A stretch of DNA of 64,000 nt from NCBI RefSeq assembly GCF_037042905.1, contig NC_087248.1, positions 11,284,001-11,348,000 on the forward strand. The letters run 5' to 3'. This DNA comes from Lytechinus pictus. Taxonomy: Eukaryota. Below are positions 59,059 to 64,000 of the stretch, piece after piece. Positions within the stretch are counted from its first letter, which is position 1, and every line of letters begins with the position of its first letter. The position numbers and the translations under genes are program-made. The notes beneath the pieces are model-generated. The model was given only the letters and a program-made list of their open reading frames with translations. It made no database searches and was not told the DNA's origin.

Positions 59059-59286
59059 CATGGCCTTACACAAAAAAAAAATCACGGGGGGGGGGGCAGC
59101 ACGTGTAAACTTAAAAAAAAACCTCAAAAGTCGAGCTTGTCATTGAGGCGCTTTTGCATTTTGTAAAATTGAAGGATTGCATCCATTTGGATAATTTTGT
59201 GAAAATGTTCAGTAAAAAATGTAAGTTTTCCAAATTTCGGGGGGGGGGACGACTGCCCCCTGCCCCCCCCCCTGCATATGGCCATG
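59059..59286. mobile_element. hAT-like non-autonomous element (CATGGCC...GGCCATG; near-TSD TTGGATAT/TTTGATAT)
   Basis: CA..TG termini, 8-bp flanks matching 7/8, internal poly-G/poly-C. Confidence 0.55.
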
Positions 59287-59769
59287 TTTGATATAGGGAT
59301 ATAGATCCATCCTTATATAGGGTATTTTGCTTATAAACCTTTGTTGAGTGGGTTGTAAGTTAATGTATTGATCAAATTTATCAAGTTTGATTGATCAATC
59401 GATATAGGTTACTCGATCAAAACCTCGGGTTTGATTTTCTATATTTTTATTCTTTGCCATAATCATATTACATAATCAGAATGGGCATTACTTTTCACAA
59501 AATTTCGATCAAAAGATGGCGCCCTTGCAATTAGTGCTAAAATAAACACATATGCAATTTCTGGAAACTGAAATGTCAAGTAGGCCTATACTATAGTATA
59601 AACAGAAACAGACAGAAACATTCTGCAGTGTTTGAACAGAAAGATAATGGATTACAAAATTTTATATGTTTTTTATTATTATGAAGTACATGACTTAATT
59701 GAATCTATTATTATACAAATCACGTATTGGTCTGGCTTGCATGGGTAATATGATTTGGTGCACATTTCT

Positions 59770-59900
59770 TCATCCTGTCTTCTTCTTCCTCTCCTCATTA
59801 TTTATCCCCCAACTCCTCCTCTTCTTCTTCTTCTTCCTCTCCTCCTTCTTATTATTTCTCCTCCTACTCCTCCTCTTCTTCTTCTTCCTCTCCTTCATTT
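59770..59900. repeat. (CTT/CCT)n microsatellite
   Basis: Trinucleotide pyrimidine repeats. Confidence 0.85.
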
Positions 59901-61916
59901 GATTTAATACAAAATCTTCAGGCCTACATTTCACACTTTTTCTTTTCCTTTCTTTCTTTTCTCCTTGAAGTTCTTGCTTGGCCATGGAATATGTTGACCG
60001 AGTGACCATGGCCCAAGCCCCATTTGTACGCCACTATAGGTGCGGGGGGGGGGGGGGTTGGTAGTCCTTATGACCGAATGTATTAATGTTAGTATATCTA
60101 CAAGACAAGGTCCTTCGTAAGTATAAGGCAAGCGCGAAGCGCGCGAGCTAATAAAAAAATGACACGCCGGAAAATGAGCCATTTTGAAGTTTCTTATCTG
60201 TTTTAATGGTTATTTCTCTTCAGTATACAGATCATTAAATTATCATTTTATGTTCTCCGCTTTTTTAAAATCATCATTAATCTGAATAAAGAAAATTAAC
60301 AAAAATGAAGTGATATTCAAAAGTGTGGTAAATAACCGGACCACATATCACATGTGCTTGGTTGCGGACTCGGGTGAATTAAAAAAATATATTATATTTC
60401 ACCCTGAAATTTGTTTTTCTCTATCCACCTGTTTGTAATAGGGCCTGTATCTTCCGAAATGAATGGTTTCATAAAACAGCAATAAAAATATGATTTTTTT
60501 GGAAACTATCTCAATAGTCATAATGAGTAAATATGATAAATATCACTACCATCATCATAATAATCATGATTATTATTATTGTTATTATTCTCATCATTAT
60601 TATTATCATTATTATTATATACTTGTCATATGATTCATTTTATTAAAATATTATAATGTTCAACCTGAAATTTTCGGGGGGATATATTATACCACAGGAC
60701 ATCCCCACCTGAAATATTGGGGGGGGGGGGATATGATCCCCATCCCCCGGGATCGGCACCCATGGAGTGATGTTTTTGGTTCTAACCTGACTGTTAAGAA
60801 AGCAAAAATGTTGTAAGCAAGCAACTGGAGGATCGTATAGGCCTATTGCCGCGCGTTTATCATGTTTAGATTTCAATTTTCACCTTTTTTCGTTGGTTTA
60901 TCCTTATTGTATTCCAAAATTGTGGACTTTATAATGGAATAATCCATTATAAAGTCCACAATTTTGGATTATAATTTTTTTGGGGGGGATATTCAATATA
61001 AAAAAAAATTGAGTGACATGGGTGTGTGTGTGGGGGAGGGGAGGGGTCGGGGAACCACCCACTTTTTGAGCAGTGATCATCACTGAAGGAAGAGTATTGA
61101 TAACGAAGAGTGGTTACTCTCAAACTAGCTTGACACGCGACTACGTTGTATGACAACGTGGAAGCGCACACGAAGCGAGAGCAAGATATGGAGACAAGGT
61201 ATTCTCAAAATTCAATTATTTGTTTGGTTTACATACGGGAAGTAAACATGACTCTTGTATTAATGTTCTATTTTTGTATTTGAAATTTTACATTTACTCA
61301 TGTAAATTTCAGGAGAAAGAACTGAGGTTTGAGGTTTTTATCTCAATGGTTAAATCAAAACAAAATGTAGAATATATAAGATAGCTAAAAAAAAGAATAA
61401 GTTGAGTGCTCATTTCAAGAAATAATGGAGCATACAGTTTTAAGGAAATTTATCCTGGTTCAATTATTTTACTTATTTTGTACATGTTATGCAGTAATGA
61501 GGGTCCTCTTTTTAAACGTAGGAAAGTATGAAGAAAGTTAGAATTTATGCAAGCTTTTAACATTGGGAAGACGTGCGTGTGTGTGTGTATGTGTGAGTGG
61601 TATGGTGTGAGGATGAATGTTTGTGGCTGATTATTAAGTTAATTTGAGATAATTTAGCTTGTTAATGTCAATGTGTTTAAATTGTCTTGAACTTATTGTC
61701 AGCCTATATTGTTTGTAATTGTTATTTTATGAAAACCAATAAAAACAGAAAAAAAGATATGGAGACACGTTTGCAACCGAGGAGTATTTTAAAAAGGGGG
61801 CATCTTGATTGCTAATTTGCTCCTGAAAGAATTGTATCTGCTTTGCAAAATAATTTATATTAGAGATAGATTTGATGATAAATAATGCAAATGGTCATGA
61901 CCCGATAAGCGGCCAG

Positions 61917-62073
61917 GGGAGCGTTTCATGAAAGTTCTTGTCGGACGTTTTATATGACAAGTACTGTTTTATCCGAGAGTTAATTACTATGGTAACAGTG
62001 CCTCTCACTCTCTCAGCCAATCACAATCAAGAAAAAAAACTTGTCGGACGAAAATGTTGATGAAACGCTCCCC
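61917..62073. mobile_element. MITE family F copy
   Basis: GGGAGCGTTTCATGAA...TGATGAAACGCTCCC. Confidence 0.7.
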
Positions 62074-62534
62074 AGATTACTATTATTATTGTTACTATTA
62101 TATTTTTTACAGGAGGTTCTGCATTTTATTGAAAATTGGAAATGATTTACATCACATGAACATGACAATTTTATATAAAAGAGAGATAACAGAATTCAGA
62201 CATAAATTTAATATTATAAATATAGCACAAAAATATAGGGATAAAGAAAAAAAAAGAAGGAATAGGCCAACTATCATAAACGAAAGTTATAAATGGAGGG
62301 GCCGCGGAACTGTTTTCAAAATGGGGGGGGGGGGGGCGGGGCTGCATGAATATGCAAAAAATCACAATCATATGGTCATTTTTACGTTTTTGTACACGGT
62401 TTTGGAAAAAAGTGGGGGGCTGAAGCCCCCCAGCCCCCCCCCCCGCTTCCGCGGCCCTAAATTAAAATGAAAAACAAAAAACCCCACTAAAATTACTAGT
62501 ATAAATAATGTTAATATTATCATCATCATCATAT

Positions 62535-63363
62535 GAAGAGTTTAGTTGCAAAAGGGTTTAGGTCCACTTTGGACCATTCCGAGAAAAACCATATTTTTTA
62601 TTCTCACTTCTTGCAATATTCTTATGAGAAACGAAATTGCCATGATGTACTACTCTATCATATGAACATAAAATTGGGTATAAAAGAAATTTACCTGTCT
62701 TCAATTTTTTTTTCTATATATTTTTGAAAAAATTATCATTGTGGACCTAACCCCTTTTGCAAACAAACTGAAAGAAATCCAATATCTTTTGATTAAAAAA
62801 GTGATTTTTCTTTGTCACTTACATTCACATTTTCATTTGAATTTCAAATTTTCTTTGGTATCATCAGAGTGACTAAAACTTTAGAGGTTTAGAGGCAGAA
62901 AACAATAAAATTTATGAAATATGGACCTAACCCCCCTAACCCCTTTTGACAAATGAGTTCCTCAGAAGAGTTAAGTTGCAAAAGGGGTTAGGTCCACTCC
63001 AAAAATCATTTTTTTAATTCTCCCATATTGCAATATTCGCATGCGAAACTGAATTTTCATGATACCCTACCATGAGAACATAAAATTGGGTATAAAAGAA
63101 ATCTACCTGTCTTCATATTTTTTAAGATATTCTTTTCCCAAAAAAAATCTGTGTGGACCTAACCCCTTTTGCAACTAAATTGAAATGGACCTAACCCCTT
63201 TAAAAAAAAGTGATTTTTCTTTGCCATTTTAGTTCACTTTCTAATAGGAATGTCAACTTTTCTTTGGTCTCATCTTATAGAGCTACTAAAAAACTATACA
63301 TTGAGACATAAAAATCAAATTTGATGAAAAATGGACCTAACCCCTTTTGCAAGTGAGCTCTTC
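62535..63363. mobile_element. Head-to-tail dimer of a ~400-430 bp MITE (GAAGAG...CTCTTC termini, ATAT TSD) inserted in a (CAT)n tract
   Basis: ATAT|GAAGAGTTTAGTTGCAAAAGGGTTTAGGTCC...GGACCTAACCCCTTTTGCAAGTGAGCTCTTC|ATAT; second unit starts at 62965; multiple GGACCTAACCCC motifs. Confidence 0.75.
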
Positions 63364-63469
63364 ATATCATCATCATCATCATTATTAATAGTATCATGAA
63401 TATTATTTATTCATTAATATTTTTATGGGGTGGGGGGGGGGGCAATAATTGGACTGCTCTTTTGTCCCA

Positions 63470-63593
63470 AAAATGTGGAACGTGGAACCGTTATACCGTG
63501 CCAGTGGGGTATCTCGAGCTACGGAAGTAACTACGTTTTCTATGTCCTACATAACGAATTTTCTTTGCAGCATAATAATCGAGAAAACGAAAC
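63470..63593 (+). promoter_or_regulatory. Putative SNX3 proximal promoter/5' UTR with ETS (CGGAAGT, 63522) and ZNF143/SBS-like (ACTACGTTTTC) motifs
   Basis: CpG-retaining stretch just upstream of the ATG with housekeeping-type motifs. Confidence 0.45.
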
Positions 63594-63770
63594 ATGGCGG
63601 AAGACGGACCAAAACCTGTCGACATTGACACGAGTCGTTTAGACTCCAAGAGACAAACTCTTGACGATGCTTACGCTGCTCCTGCCAATTTTCTTGAAAT
63701 AGATGTCTGTAATCCTCAAACACATGGTATAGGGAACAAAAGATACACAGATTATGAAGTCAGAATGACG
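63594..63770 (+). CDS. SNX3: Sorting nexin 3/12 (PX-only SNX), coding exon 1; gene continues beyond the window
   Basis: MAEDG...TLDDAYAAPANFLEIDVCNPQTHGIGNKRYTDYEVRMT matches the SNX3/SNX12 N-terminus (LNDAYGPPSNFLEIDV.NPQTVG); aacATGG start; ACG|gtaagt donor. Confidence 0.93.
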
Positions 63771-64000
63771 GTAAGTAGCAGCACTGCGGTGGCCAGTGTT
63801 CCCATTTTCAATTTCATTGCAGTGTCCCGTGAGTTCGAATGTTGTGCTGTGTTGCTTTGAACCCAGTAAAAGAGGCGTGATCCACTGAGTCAAAGTGAAG
63901 TGATGGTTCTGCATGCATTCAATTCAATTCAAGATTTATTAAAACATATGATCGCAGCTTGTTACAGCTGAATTGGCAAATGTTTTACAGAAAAGCATAA

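Overview
AT-rich, intron-rich animal DNA. The repeat repertoire suggests an invertebrate deuterostome, probably a sea urchin, but this is inference. Most of the window (1-53109, + strand) is a 19-exon CEP97 orthologue with the LRR/LRRCT, IQ and coiled-coil core. It is unusually long (~2,080 aa visible) because of an added FN3 domain and a large disordered tail with SxIP-like, 14-3-3-like and KRGTSPGP repeat motifs. One CEP97 intron (11800-18123) is a U12-type (minor-spliceosome) GT-AG intron. A complete 5-exon gene lies antisense inside the 12.4-kb intron 17 (47597->43399, - strand). It encodes a 384-aa secreted, multiply furin-processed precursor with a neurotrophin/Spaetzle-like C-terminal domain that has only 4 of the 6 cystine-knot cysteines; the two missing ones are the CysIII-CysVI pair. 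The first coding exon of SNX3/SNX12 starts at 63594. Introns hold many non-autonomous DNA transposons (MITEs), tRNA-derived SINE fragments, satellites and microsatellites. All gene models were built by eye from splice signals and reading-frame phases, and homologies are from memory, not database searches.
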